Shown here piece by piece: positions 30,801 through 45,087 of a DNA stretch of 64,000 bases. The stretch is taken from NCBI GenBank assembly GCA_021613535.1, contig CP075496.1:9176001-9240000 (forward strand), written 5' to 3'. The stretch comes from Adineta vaga. Lineage: Eukaryota > Animalia > Rotifera. Under the pieces are notes generated by a model. That model was not told where the DNA came from. It saw only the letters and a list, made by a program, of their open reading frames with translations, and ran no database searches. The position numbers and the translations under genes were made by a program. Within the stretch, counting starts at the first letter, position 1. Each line of letters starts with the position of its first letter.

Positions 30801-33566
30801 GTTTCTGATTTCTTTTGAAAATCTATCTTATTAGATAACATACGTTGATCACAATTTGTACCTGTGATACCTCGAGAACATACACAAAAAGTTAAATTTC
30901 GACTTGTTGCAACACATCGACCATCGCCACAATAAATTCTATTACATAAATTCAGATTAATTGGTTCTAAAAAGAATTGAATTTTCATTGCAGAAAAAGT
31001 AATCTTTATTAATGATTTTATTTCAAACCTAGACAACTGATAAATTGCCCGTCACGATCGTAATTATTCGTCAATGAACAAATCGGTAGATTTTCTAAAT
31101 TGATCACACAACCAGTGACATTTTGCCCCTGATATATATACCATGGTGTACATTCTCGAGCAAATACGGTTGGTAGTATACCAATTCTATCTAATGCGTT
31201 TTGAATCGAATTATTTAGAAAATTCAAATAATTTGTACTGATATTAATCATAGCACCTGTTGTTCCATCAGGATTTCGACTAAGAAAAATCAAGATATAT
31301 GAAATTCTCTTGTAAGATTTTATATAGAATTACATGATCTGAATAAGATCAGATATAACTCCACCGTTTGTGATATTCATAAATGCTGTATTCAATGTTT
31401 GACTGATCACTCTCTGTAATTGTTTCGTTGCATTATGACTTAAATTTTGATAATCAGGTACATACGTCATATTAAATTTTAATGGAACCGTACGATATTC
31501 TATTGATTCGAACACAAACAACAACTTCTCCAAGTACAAAAACAAAATTTCTTACGTATTTCACAGAAATAACCATAATATCCACTCGTACAATTGATAC
31601 AACGAAATGAACCTCGCACTGTATCTTGACATGTTCCACGATTCCCACACGGATTATTTTCACATTGAGGAGCTAAATATTCAAATACTTTCTTATTCCT
31701 TCTATATCAGAAGTTTTATCTAACCTCCACAACTAACAAGTGAAACTGGAAATTGTCCGTTCGATGCATAGGTTTTTGCCACACATAGTGATTGATTATT
31801 AATCACTGCACATGTGGAATATGTGACACCCATATATGTAAATGGAAAATTACATCCAGTAATACCAGCCACTAGAAATATACATTTTGATCTTTCGGTC
31901 AATAAACCTTTTTCAAAACTATCGATTAACATACGGATATCACATATAGTACCAATAGATTGTTTGAACTGCAAACACAAGTATTACCAACACAAGTTCC
32001 ATAGTTGACACAAGTAATGGCTTGAGAATTAGTTATTGGATTACAACCATATACTACGCAAAAAATAACGAATTATATTAAAAAAAAGATGATATTCGAT
32101 CTCAAATCAAACTTACATTGATCACAACGACTACCCGTGAAATACGCTGGACAATTACATGTAGCAATTCCATTGACATTTACACATGTACCATCGTTGA
32201 GGCAAATGTTTGGAAAGCATATGTCTCTGGTAATATAATGAAAGACTATAGAAAGAGAAGAGAAAAAAGTTTTGAAATGTTTGCATAATTCAAATAAACG
32301 AACTATTTCTTGAACAATCCAGACTACTAAGAGTTGTATTTCTATCAATAACACGAGCTGATGAACAAATAAACTTTGATTGATATGGTATGCAAAAATT
32401 ATAATCAATCAAATTAAATGTGAATGGAAAAATACAAGCTAAAAGAAGACAATAGATAAACAGTATATTAAGAAATTACTCATTTACATGTGTATGGCGT
32501 TCCATCTTGTGTTACTGCATTGCTTATATATGTTGGATCAATTGATAATTGATGACCGAATGATGTTGTACCATTACGAGCTAGAGCTGTTCTAAGTGCT
32601 AAGAGAATTACAGACGCATATGATCCACTACGTGGTGTCAAAGCCAAACTAATTGATAGATATGTTCCAATTGGACTTGGACTATGAACAAATGAAAATT
32701 CATCTTATAAAATAAAAAAGCCGAAGCGTACGAAACAGAATTTAATGAATAGATTCGATTGGATGGAAGTGTATCAAAAGCCGTATTTAACCAAGCAGTT
32801 AAAGAAGTTGTCAGATTCGCATACGATGCAGAATTAAGAGTATTAAAATAAAATTCAGCTGTAAATGGCTGGGTACTTGCCAACATTATATGAAAATATT
32901 CTATTTGAAAGGAATCTTCGAAAGATTAGTAGTATATGAAAAAGAGCTTCACTTACGAAGATGACAAAAGATACCATTCCATGGTGCAATACATCGACAA
33001 AAAGAATATTGAGCATCACGTATACATAAACCACCATTTTGACAAGGTGACGAATCACAAAAATTCATTGTATCCTGATAACGTTCACGTCCTTGTTTAT
33101 GTTCAATTTCTATCGGTAAACTTTGAATATATCTTATTGTCGATTTTTCATTTGAATAGAAAATTGTTGCAACAAAAATAATCGATTGATTCAATGAATT
33201 TGAATGCATCCAATAGAATGTATATCGTAATTGATTTGTACTTTGCATAAAAGAATCTTTATTTGTTACTGCTTGTTCTAGGTTCGTGGAACAATCAGTC
33301 ACTTGACCATCGAGCGGAGTAAATGGTTGCCATAAACCAATTAATTTCGATGTATTACTTGCACCCATCAGAAACCATGATGTATCAGAAAGAATTTGTT
33401 TTCTGATGAGTATCACTTTAATAATGTTTGATGATCGAAATGTTTCGATATGAATTGAATAATTTTCATCGATATTCTTATTTGATGTTGACAGATCTAA
33501 GTCAGAACATGGAGAAGCGTTCGAAATACAGATTAGAACGTTTACACTAATCAAAATGAAAAACAT
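27825..33566 (-). CDS. Large multi-exon secreted mosaic protein: Reeler-like domain, many EGF repeats, SEA-like modules, fibronectin type II modules, Cys-rich C-terminus
   Basis: Signal peptide [13 protein letters not shown]; WFLMGA..IGLW Reeler-like motif; repeated CxxxPCQNGGxC EGF; [34 protein letters not shown]2; many short GT-AG introns; exon boundaries only partly resolved. Confidence 0.75.
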
Positions 33567-33887
33567 GATTGAATGAAAATCATTCAGGATAGAATTCAAA
33601 TAAATAACAAGTACTACTAATAAAAAACAAATCATGTAAGATGATAGAATATGTTCGATGGATAATGTTTTTATTATTGCTGAAAAGAACAGTTGTTCTA
33701 CCAATCTAATGAGAAAATAATACTTCATGTATAAAAAAATAGCATGTTCGTAGAAGTTACGAATGTAATCAAAACGTTTTCTTCGTTCTGTTTTTTCATC
33801 ATACAATCACGGACAAAAGTCTGATACGTCTGTAATCTTTCCGATTATTTGAATATGAGGCGTTGTTGGTGTATACTATGAAGACTT

Positions 33888-33940
33888 CATCTTGAGGATG
33901 GGTGAGGTAAGTGAGACACACCCACACCCACCTATCGATA
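33888..33940. repeat. Telomere-hexamer hairpin element, copy B
   Basis: CATCTTGAGGATGGGTGAGG ... CACACCCACACCCACC. Confidence 0.6.
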
Positions 33941-34449
33941 TACTTTCACCAGGAACCAGGAATAAACTGTTTAGATAGTGAATAAAATGAACGAATTACA
34001 TCAGTGAGGAATTCATTTGAATTTTGTCTATCATCTGAACAAATTCGTCCTTGCAGAATGTCATTGGCTTGGTGAAATAGTCTTGATATCACTCTAAACA
34101 AGAATATGTAAGTTCAATTGCAAAATATCTATTGTCTAAATTATATCTCGAATTGAAGAAGAATTGATCATTATTATCATCAATGACAACAACTTATGCA
34201 TTCATTTTCAAAGAAAATCAAATGAAAATACCAATGATTTTGTTTATATTCTTGCAATAAAACCGAAAAAGCTTCTGTTTAAATGTGTCGAAATGCAATT
34301 AAATGCATTTACGGAAAAATTTCTTGGCAAATGTCTCAATGAAGAGAAATATAGTAAGCCAGATCTATACACATATGTATTACAAAAATGTTTCCTCAAG
34401 CGGAAACTTATCCATGAAGTGCGTTGCTATTTCTAATTTAATTATTGCA

Positions 34450-36621
34450 TTATGACAACCAGATGTCAATTACGTTGGAAGAGACTCGTAATCGAAACGG
34501 TCGGTTAAATGGATAATGATATAGTTGTCGTCGAATTAAATGTGGAACACAAGGTGTATCTGAATGTCTCGAATTGGAAAAGTAGACTTGTAGGGAAACA
34601 AGTTCTTGTAATTGATCAACGAGCAAATAAATAAAAGAAATAATACGTTTTGTAGATTTGTTTTTCCCATCGACCATATCCATCACAAATACCAAATGAA
34701 AGTTTCTTCAATTTAGGTAATTGTTTCGACAATAATGTGCAAATTCGTTGAGCATTTTTTAAAGTCAAAGATATGTCGAAGATTTTAAATGATTTTATCT
34801 AATTAACAAGAAATAAAAATATTGGTTTTAGGCTCTTTTACTAAGTGTAAATTTTTCTTTATATATTAAAAATTTAGAAAAAAACAAAGGAAAACTCATT
34901 TTCTTGAGATATTTCTCTTTAATTAGAAATTCTTACTTGTTGATTGATAAGACTTGTGAGATTATGATTTCTTAATATTGATTGAAGTAAAATTCCACAA
35001 TCATCAAACAATTCTAGTGTATGTACATTATTTGCCATTCGTAATTTAGATTCTAATATCGACGAAGTAAGAACATTGCTATGATTGATCTCTATATTTG
35101 TTAGTAATGACCATGGAACTAATGATGATAGCGAACTTCTACAACTACCAAGATTTCGAAGAGAATTGACTTTCTTATGACCCTGCAAAAATATTGTCTC
35201 AGCACGTGGAAATAGATTTTCTGAGTTAATTAACATTTGACAAGATCTGAATAGAAAGAAAACAGATTTCTATTAATTTTATCAATAAATAATTTCTATA
35301 TACTTTTCAAGATCTGCAGAAAATATATATGATGAAAGAGTAGTGCTTTTATACGGTAAAGTATACACACTAAAGCAATAATATCTAGGACCGACATCTC
35401 GTACATCAAATTTTTGAATAAACACTCTTGGTCGTTTTCGATGAATAAATTGAACTTTAAAAAATGAATTGTAAATTATATTCTCTTCAAAATCATCCGC
35501 AGCGTATAATAATAGATTAAGAGTATAAGTTGCCGTTGATTGAAGACGATCGATACATATTTGTTGAATTATATCACCTGATATTATTAACAAATCTGTA
35601 AGTGATGTAAATGCTACTAATTCTAATGACAAACGACAAAGTTGTCCAAATACAGATGATAATAGTGTAATCATTCGATAAAAACTCATGCTATTCCTGC
35701 AATTTATACTTAGACGGGATAAATATGGAAGACGATGAACATCAATAGTAGTAGATAATCTAAAAGAATTACTCCAATTGACAATTTTGCTAGGGACAGT
35801 TGTTACTTACAAAACTTTATCATGTCCATTAAACTCATCAGGATCGAAATCTTTGACGCCAAAAGAAAGATTTTCGATGCATGGGATACATAATAGTAAA
35901 CGTTCGAGAAAATGTGACGTATGTATACCAATAGTTAATGTACGAAGATGATTTGTGTTTAATAATTTTGGCAAAATTGTCTCATATTTCAATGAGCTAT
36001 TTTCTATTTGATTAATATTAAGAACATCATAATTCAAAGGAAGTCGACAAATTTTCAGCAGTGGAATTCTTGAGCAAACCTTTAAAGAAAACAAATTCGG
36101 TTTTCTAAATTGTTATATCAATACACTTATATTATAAGTTTAAAAAATCATCATTTCATTTCGTGAATTACTAGGTTGAATAATTCTTTTCTTACTTTAA
36201 TCAGATGAACTCCTTTACCTTGAGACCAATTAAGTGAGCCAGATCCAGATACATCAACTAATAAGGTATGCAAATGTTTTATTACATGGTTACGTAATAA
36301 TTTATCAAATTCATGTGGTTTAATATCAATCAGATATAGACGTCGAAGCGATGTTATCTGATGATACTGAAGATAGGAAGAAACGAGTGACCATCCGCCA
36401 ATAACATTAGTTAATGTTAGACGTAGCGAGACAACTCGATTTTCTATCAATTTCAAGATATTTTGACATTGATCGTTGAATATAACTAATGACGCCATTG
36501 AACCACCAATATCGATATTCCATAAATATTCATTCGTTATGATTTTTGAGAAACGTCTAGTCAATGGAAACAACGATTGAAGAATATCAACAGGTAAAAC
36601 ATCAAATGAACTAATGCTCAT
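34450..36621 (-). pseudogene. F-box/LRR-like protein, probable pseudogene, paralogue of 21945-23993
   Basis: MSISSFDVLPVDIL F-box start with the central F-box segment apparently deleted; five exons; frameshifting deletion at about 34665-34675 (GRW/DGKNK overlap). Confidence 0.7.
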
Positions 36622-36943
36622 GATTGTTTTTTCGTCTCCTATTGTATGTTCATAGTCTATATATACTGACATAGACAATGGCATACTTCCGTCTGGTTTG
36701 TTTGACAAATCATTTCTTTTTTTTAAATTTCTCTCTTCTTTTCGAAACAGATTAGTTCGTGAATAGAAACGAAAAAGAAGTAGAAAAAGATATATATGCG
36801 GAACTCCATGACTCATCGCAGCAATGTTAAATATATAAATATTTGGGTGGGTGTTCCATACTTGAACAGTTTTTTCAGTTAATATCAATATTTTGATCGG
36901 AAAAATGAATAAAAAAGATTAAGCAGATATTCTTTGATAAACA

Positions 36944-37021
36944 AGGGTGGGTGTGGGTCGGTTTATATTCTCTTCACCCACACCCACACCCTTACCCTCA
37001 CCCTCACCCTCACCCTCGATG
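36944..37021. repeat. Telomere-hexamer hairpin element, copy C, with CCCACA and CCCTCA runs
   Basis: AGGGTGGGTGTGGGT ... CACCCACACCCACACCCTTACCCTCACCCTCACCCTCACCCTCGATG. Confidence 0.7.
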
Positions 37022-37208
37022 TCGTATTGATAGAATATCACTTTCTACAATACATTCAGTCTCTGGAATGATAATTGAAGAATATAATCACGTGCAAACT
37101 TCTATATTTGGATAATTATAATATTAAAAACAAATTTCGTTGTTGTGTTTATCAATCAATTATTGAAAAAGAAAAATGTAATTAGAAACCAATAGAAAAT
37201 CAGTTCTT

Positions 37209-37909
37209 TCAGATATATTTTGCAGCCCAACTGATTGCATTTGCCATTAATCGTGTGATATTTATCTCCGCATTCCATATCGTAGCATTACTTGGTGGTC
37301 CAAAATTAATTTGAACAATACGCCCTTTTTCTTAATCGCTCCTATCCTGTACAACGACACCAAGTAGAGCGCCACCACAACTTTCACATTTTGCTACACG
37401 CATTACATCTGTTGCATGCATATAATTTGTCGAAGTGCCCAAGGCGTAAGTGATGTAAATGTGGGCGGAAATGCGTTCCAAATAGGATGATCGTGTTGTG
37501 AGTTTGTGAATGTTATATGTGGTACAAAAGCTTTTCCGTCTGGATATACTAAGCACAGGTCAGATAATATATGCCATTGATTCTGTTGATGAACTCGCCA
37601 ATTAGCCCATTCAGTCAGAACAATTCCAGTACCTGTTTTTTGTGCATCAAGAATTGCTTGTTGACCAGTATTGGGCATATCAGTACCAAACCATTTTCTG
37701 GGAAATAAGATAATAGCATCGAACGATGCTGCAACTGGTAAACCAGTATAGTTCTCTAGGCCACCATGGATTACTGTTAGTTCTATATTGCTTGTTTGCA
37801 TGTAATTGTCGAGAAAAATATTATCGTCAAGAAATATATCATCATTTAGCAAGAGCACCTTTTTAGCGGATTTTGGTGGAACAACTTGTTCTACAAATGA
37901 AAATGTCAT
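37209..37909 (-). pseudogene. Intronless ThuA/class I glutamine-amidotransferase-like fold protein of bacterial type, disrupted
   Basis: KVLLL, FDAIIL, GTGIVLTEW, HPIWNAFP, GRIVQINF, LMANAISWAAK; frameshift near 37445 and in-frame TAA at 37332-37334 before the conserved C-terminus. Confidence 0.55.
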
Positions 37910-38243
37910 AGATAAGAAAATAGTGATCTATTGATATGTTTACGCTCATCTTTCTACTTGTCGTATCTCTCTCTCTCTCTCTCTTTATCGTGCAAAATAT
38001 AGACTGAAGAAAAAATAATCATATGCAAAAAAAACTTATGACTTATCTAGATCTATCGTTATAAAACTTACTAGAATATATTACTAAAATAGTGATTAAA
38101 ATTAAACATAACAATGCCGATAAAATGATTCTTGCACGCTTGATTTTTCTTCCGATACTTGTATGGTTACAACAGCAGTTTCTCAATGTAGAACAGAATG
38201 TATCTTTGAGTCTGAAGAAGACTAAACAAAAAACAAAATTTCA

Positions 38244-40333
38244 CTATGCATTCATCGTATTTTTATTTAGATACGTACTAATCTCCTTATAGTTTTCAGA
38301 TTCTCTATTATTATACGTACATGATTTCTTGCAGTGACTTTCAAAATAACTCACCGAATTCAACGTATTGCTTTGTAATTTGATACGTTCAAGAGTTTGT
38401 TTCATGAGATCGGATGTATGAATAATATCAGGATGATGTTCAGGTAGAGATACCTTTTGAATTGAGAGACTTCTATCATAATAGCTCAAAGCTTTTGAAT
38501 ACTGTTTATTTTTGTCGTAGAGCGTACCAATATTAGAAAGAGAAATGGCTATTTCTGGATGTGTTGGTGGTAGAGATTCACGAAGCATTCGTAATGAATG
38601 TCCCATATTTTCTAGAGCTTCTTTCCGACATTCTTGTTTCTCGTATATCGTAGCAATATTATTATAAGTGCGTGCCTATCATAGAACGATAAATCATATA
38701 CTATAGATTAAAATGTATGGAGACTTTATACGTACAATATTCAACTTATTTGGTTTTGATACTCGACGTTGTAATTCTAAAGAACGTTCGAATTGTTTGA
38801 GTGCTTCATCAAGATATTCCTTTTCACTAAGAACACAATCAATATTTGAATGAATCGTCGCTAGTCCAGAATCATTCGGTGAAAGTAAAGTAGTAAAGAG
38901 AGAAAGAGCATCGCGATAATATTGTAATGCTATATCGAGATTATTCATTTTATGTGCAATAAAACCTAATTGTTGAATAATGTAAGGATCTTCTTCTTCC
39001 TGAAGAAGTACTTCATAAATATCTTTGGCTTTATTCCATTCACCCATTGCAATCATTAGATTTCCTAATCGATGCTTTCCAGATAATATACCGACTTCTT
39101 TTCTCATATACTCAGTTAATTGTTTTAATTGTAAATCAGCACTATCGGTCATTGTTAAATTTACTTGACAAACATCATTTTCTAATTCTTGAATATCACT
39201 AATTCGAAAAACAGTATTCATATCCCATAAATATTCTTGTTCACCATGAAAACAACTCAAACGTTCATCAAGATAACCAATTGGATTAGATGTGAGAGTA
39301 AGATCAACATTGATAACAAAAAGAATAGCTTTCACATTGGGAGCATCAAGAGAAGACAATGCGAAAACAAGTGATATATGTTGATCGGCGGTTGTCGAAA
39401 GGAAACTGTTGAATGATATAAGACCACTTAAATTTTCTTTCAATTTTTCATATTCTTCTGATGACATACTAAAACAAAAACAATTCAATCGTGATATATT
39501 ATTTCTGAAATTCAATAGAAATTTTATTAACCTTTGTCCCCGATAAACAGTAAACTGACTTGATAGCAAATTCTGTCGAAGATCTTTCAATTGATAATGT
39601 AGATCTTTAATGAAAAAGCCGAATTTACTAATTACTTCAATATCATGTGTACGAAGAGCTTTGTTAAGCATACGATAAATGAAACAATCACGCGTATACC
39701 ACCAAGTAGGCGAATATTTCAAATAATCTCGGTCAAATCGTCGATTACACGTAAAGCAACTTCATTGTCTGTATATTGAATTTTAGAATAATCGACAAGT
39801 GTACGTTTTGCTAGTTCCCCATGATTCATTTCCAAGAATGTTTCTTTCAAAAGTTCACAATACATATACATAGCATTGAGAGTATTCGTTTGTTCTACTG
39901 ATGAAACGGATGTAAGCACTGTAATTGGAGTGGAATTTCGATCGATCATTTGAAGATCTTTTGTTAACGTTTCTATTATTGGTAATAAAGTATTCGATAC
40001 ACATTTTATTTTTTCCGATTTCTCTGACCAAGAGTCGTGTTGTTGTTCGTTAGCACTAATAATATAGATAGATGTGACTAATGGCGAATAATTCAAAAAA
40101 TGAATGTTCTGGTCGATGAGTTGGTCAGTTATGACACAGATAATCTTTGTATCTTTCAAATCAGTAATAAAATTGATATATTCATTTTGATCGGTAAATG
40201 ACTCGATTGAAAAGCCAAGTTGACCAAGTTGAATTATATTAACTTGATCAATAATTATATCAAGATAAATGATTACACAATTATCAACATATCGTCGTCG
40301 ACCAGTTTGAACAGAGTTATTTACTAGTTCCAT
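38244..40333 (-). CDS. Receiver-like domain + NAD:arginine ADP-ribosyltransferase domain + TPR repeats; 1-nt frameshift at about 39736
   Basis: WWYTRDCFIYRMLNKALR, VYRGQ, FLSTT, EQEYL; TPRs (ATIHSNI, AISLSNIG); adding one T to a T3 run restores DFDRDYLKYSP; introns near 39469-39531 and 38676-38737. Confidence 0.8.
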
Positions 40334-40988
40334 TAGATAAGGTTTGTTTTTACGATCTAGTAATCCTTTGAATCAACATGAAATGTTAACAATATAGGTT
40401 TTTTTTATTCTTCCTGTTTGCTATTAGATAGATATTTGATACTTTCAACGTCGATTGCACTTCTCTTTAGATAAGATAGATATTTAATCGTCATATTCAT
40501 TTGTTCCCTTTTTTTATTGAAATAGAATGAAAGGAAACATGGTTACTCAACAATGTCTTCTCATCATTAATGTTATTTTCATGATTGATGTTGTCCAATC
40601 GATTGATTTGATCATTGATTCAAAAAGATATAATAAACCAAGAAAATATAATCTCTTCTTGTCTATGTTATTATGGTAGAAAAAAATAATCATGTTTTCG
40701 ATGAGAACAAGCACTGTTGCAAATTTGTGTATACCATATATTTTGCGGTTGCTGATAATAATGATCATCATGTTCAATTCTTTTGTTGGTATCCTACCAT
40801 AAATGGTAATACTGTATAAATACTTACTTATATTCAATGGACTTCTCTTTACATTCTTCAATGAATTTAAATATTTTCTATGAGCTGATAATACGATCAT
40901 TTTTTAAAAAACGTAGATATTTGTACAAAAAAAGCGAATAATCTTTTTTTCATATTAACAAAAATAATTTTTAAAAAGTCCTATTATT

Positions 40989-42549
40989 TCAATCAACATT
41001 AAATTTTTGTACACGATTATTATTTTGATCGACGACGTAAAGAGTACCATCTAGGTCGCATGATAAACCAACAGGATATTGAAATTGATCAGAATTTTCT
41101 CCTCTACCATTTCCACCAATAATGATCACACCTTTCTTAGAACCAAATGCCCAACGCATAATACGATGATTCCAACTATCAGCTACATAAATATTACCAA
41201 ATCGATCAACAATTAAACCTTGTGGATGATCTAAATGTGCACGATTTTCACCTTGACCATGTCCACCAGCAACAACAACTCCTTTTCTAGCACCTTCTAC
41301 CCATTTCATTACACGATTATTATGATGATCTGAAACATAGACAGAATGATCTTGATCGACAAATAGTCCAGTAGGAGAATTCAATTGATTATGATGATCT
41401 CCTTTTCCATTTCCACCAGCAACGACTGTTCCTTCTGTTTCACCTATTTTCCATCGTTTGACTTCATGTTTTTCACCGTCCGTAACATACAAACTACCAT
41501 TATCATCGATCGTTAAACGAGAACAATAGATATTCGATATAATTACTTGAGGACTTCTGTCATTTCGATGAAACCAACGTATAACACGAGCATTACCACG
41601 ATCACAGATAATCAACGAATCATTCTTTTTATCGAGAATCACGTCTGTTGGACGATCTAATTGATGAAGTGATTTACCTGATCCATTACCACCAGCGACT
41701 ATTTCACCATTCATTGCATTAAATCTCCATCGAACAATACGATGATTATCATGATCAGCTATATAGATTGTTCGATCATCATCATCAACATAAATACCAC
41801 GAGGACATGATAATTGATTTAGTTTTTGACCTCGACCATTTCCTCCAGCAATCATAATTCCATGTCGTCTCCAAACAGTATTATTATTAATATTGACTGA
41901 AGGTATTGGTTGCTCTAGATGATAAAGAATACAAAATCAATAGTATTGAAATCTTTCTTATAGTTCTCAATTGCAAAAACAAAGAAAGAGATGAAAACAT
42001 ACGAGAAGAGACGGAAACAAAAATTTTGTTTACAAGTGGAGTTGCTGTATGTTGAATAGTAATAACTGATGATCGATCTAATTCTTCAACTAAATGAGTT
42101 AATCTTTCTTTTGATTCCATTAATTTATCTTTAAATTGATCTATATCCATTTCATTAAAATCATCTTCATGACGCATAGCTTCTATTTGATCAGTTAATC
42201 TTACTAAATTCATATCGATTTGATGAATATCATTCGAAGGATGTTGAGATAGAATTTGTCGACAATCATTTGCCGTTTGTTGGATCAATTGCATCGATTC
42301 ATATTCCCATTGATCAATTTGACGAAGTAACAATTCATTATTTGTTCGACTGATTTGAAAATTAAGTGCTTGTCTAAAATGACTATAATCACCGTAAACA
42401 TCTTCCAGTTGTTTATTTAGTTCTTGATGATGTTGAATGAAATGATTATAACAGAAATCTTGCAAACAACCTGTACATTTCGATGTTGCTCGTTCTTTAT
42501 CACATTTAACACAATGTGATTTTCTTAAACCTGATGATATATTCTGCAT
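40989..42549 (-). CDS. B-box-like/coiled-coil + NHL repeat beta-propeller protein; one intron at about 41916-42001
   Basis: CVKC..CTGCLQDFCYNH..H, coiled coil, repeated AGGNGxG..L..PxG/YVAD..NHRI NHL units. Confidence 0.88.
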
Positions 42550-43764
42550 AAATACGGCTAAGAATGTTTCTCTTGAAAATAGTGAGAATAATAAAACACA
42601 GAGAGAGAGAGAAAGAAAAGAACAACAACGTTGTAATTTGTAAACACGAAAATAACAAGATAGTTCAATGCCAATGCATATCAAAACGTAGTAATGAGTA
42701 ATAACATATGCATTCATTCAAGCGTTTTTATCGTTCTGTTTGATAACGAAAGTGTGGGTATGAAGAAGAAAACTAATTTTCGTTGGTTTGTTTTTATTAC
42801 ATATATTATAGCTCGCATGGCTGCGAATGAGAGAATGATAAAGAAATGTTTTTTACGTTCTTCAAATACAAAAGTAACGGAATGATAAAATATATGGGAA
42901 TCAATAAAATAATAATGATATAATCAAGGACAAGTTCGTTTTATGTAAAGTTGTACATGTATATAGAGAAGTTAACTACTAAAATATATTTGTAGGAAGT
43001 CTATTGCTCAGCATGAAGAATTCACAACAAAAAACTTCATCCATGATCGGTTGAAAAAAACAATAAAACGGTTATAAGTGATTAAAAAAGTTGATGCATA
43101 CCTGCTAGTGTCCTAGTTGCCAACACTGTAATTGCTATCTGGAGCATGTCTTTTTTCTCAACGCTTGAAAAATGTCCTCACTCGTTGCGGGAAAAAGCAA
43201 GATTTTTATAGTTCATTATATTTTTAAATCCCAATGTACGTAACTTTATTATTCGAGAATTGATACGTAATCCTTTACAATAATCGTAAAGATTTAATAT
43301 TTCTTTTAGTATATCGATGTTTGTAATTGTTTTATTTTCTCTACTACAATTAGACAATATTCTTTTTCAGGTGGTAAAAAGTTATGAAATCTAGAAAATT
43401 CATATCAAAACATAATTAATTCAACTTATTGCATTCATAGCATGATGGCTAATGTGGATAAAAGCCACGTAAGTTTTCACATAAAATCATATATCCATAC
43501 GTATAACCAAATAGAACGAAATGAAATAGCCTATTTAGGTGATAACTATCGACAAACAGGATTATTCGTCACTTCCTTTTATGTTTATTGTTTGTATTCA
43601 TAATTTATTTTAACATTCAGGAAAATGATATAAACTTCGTGATTCTTTTTATTAGTTGTAGCTTTATTAAAAGTATAAGGATATGAGAGATGGTTGGTTG
43701 AATATTATGCACTTGTACCTTTGACCTCACCTTCACTTACTCTTCAAAAACGATGGAATATACA

Positions 43765-45087
43765 CTAAAGAAAAATTTTTGAAGCAAGACATAGTAATAG
43801 AGTAGTGGTAGTATAATTTTGACAAGTAGTACTGTTGATCAATCCTCGACGTGTGATATAATATACTGCAAATGTTCCTAACCAATGTCCTCCTTCATAA
43901 TGATTCTCATCAATAGCAATTAATCCTGCCTGAGCATTTCTTTGACTCAATTCAAGTAATTGATTACGACGTTCATTTTGTTGAATGTCTACCGATAAAC
44001 CATCAGCAATTCCTTCTAGCATCCATGCACGACTTAGACATAAACCAGCCAGATGAATCGATTTGGGATCTGTTGGATCAGCAATTAAAGGTGGTTCGAG
44101 ACTCGACGGTAGACTTGAAGGTGGAAGAAATCTATTAAACCATTGAATAAAATCTTGAGGTTTATTCTTCATAATACGTCGTAATAAATCAGCTTCAGCT
44201 AAACCAGCAGAGAGAAAATCTTCACCGGAAGGTTCATACACAAAAGGATAGTTTGTATCAGTAGAAAAATAGTCTAACGAACGTTGTTCAATCAATTCAG
44301 CAAATGCAATATTATTCATTCGATGAGCATAATCAAGCAAGAAACCAAGTGCAAATGCAGTCTGACTATGTTCACCACTACGAATAGGATAGGATAACTT
44401 TGGAAGCCAAGAAGAGAGACGTGTAACAATCAAATCTTCTAGTGGACGTACATTTTCACGCCATTGAAGAATCTCTTCAGCATTCTAGAAAATATACAAA
44501 AATAAACAAAACTATGATTTAATTTCCGTACTTACTTGTTTCTCTTCATGTGCCCATTCATCTAATTCCATTGCTAACTGCAAGAACCATGCTAAACCAT
44601 ACGGTCGTTCAAATGAGGGTCGCTGTTCACTACCGATATATACAATTTCTTCTTGAAGTTTCTCTTTTGTAAGACTTTTCGCAAGTGCTTGCCGACATTC
44701 TGCAGATAGATTGGCATCAATTCGAGCAAGACGAGCTAAAAGCCAATGACCATGAACAGCTGAATGCCAATCAAAACAACCATAGAAAGCTGGAGTTAAA
44801 TATCGAGGTGCTTGAATATCAGTGTCGGATGCGAGAACATGAGCTATCTTATTTGGATATTCACGATGAACACATGACAAAGCAAGTGATGCGAAACTAC
44901 GACGCATTTCAGCCAAATCTATTTACGAAAAGAATAAACTAACATGTATATTATTATTCTTACCTGTTATTGAACCATTGGTATTACTTTTCGACTCAAT
45001 TAATCTTTTTCCGATGCTAGGCGAAGAAGTAATTACAATCGCTGTTGCCAAAAGAAATAGAAAAGGAATTCTTATCATCATCATCAT
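43765..45087 (-). CDS. DUF2891-family protein (bacterial type) with signal peptide; introns 44919-44963 and 44485-44535
   Basis: REYPNK, PAFYGCFDWHSAVHGHWLL, FERPYGLAW, IRSGEHSQTAF, EPSGEDFLS, HLAGLCLSRAW, YEGGHWLGTFA. Confidence 0.85.

Noticed and set aside
33567-33806. N-terminal extensions of ORF-track entries (also 36622-36888 and 42550-42717)
   Set aside because: AT-rich open frames upstream of the more plausible ATG; no domain content
40547-40900. 117-aa hydrophobic ORF
   Set aside because: Low-complexity AT-rich sequence with no motif
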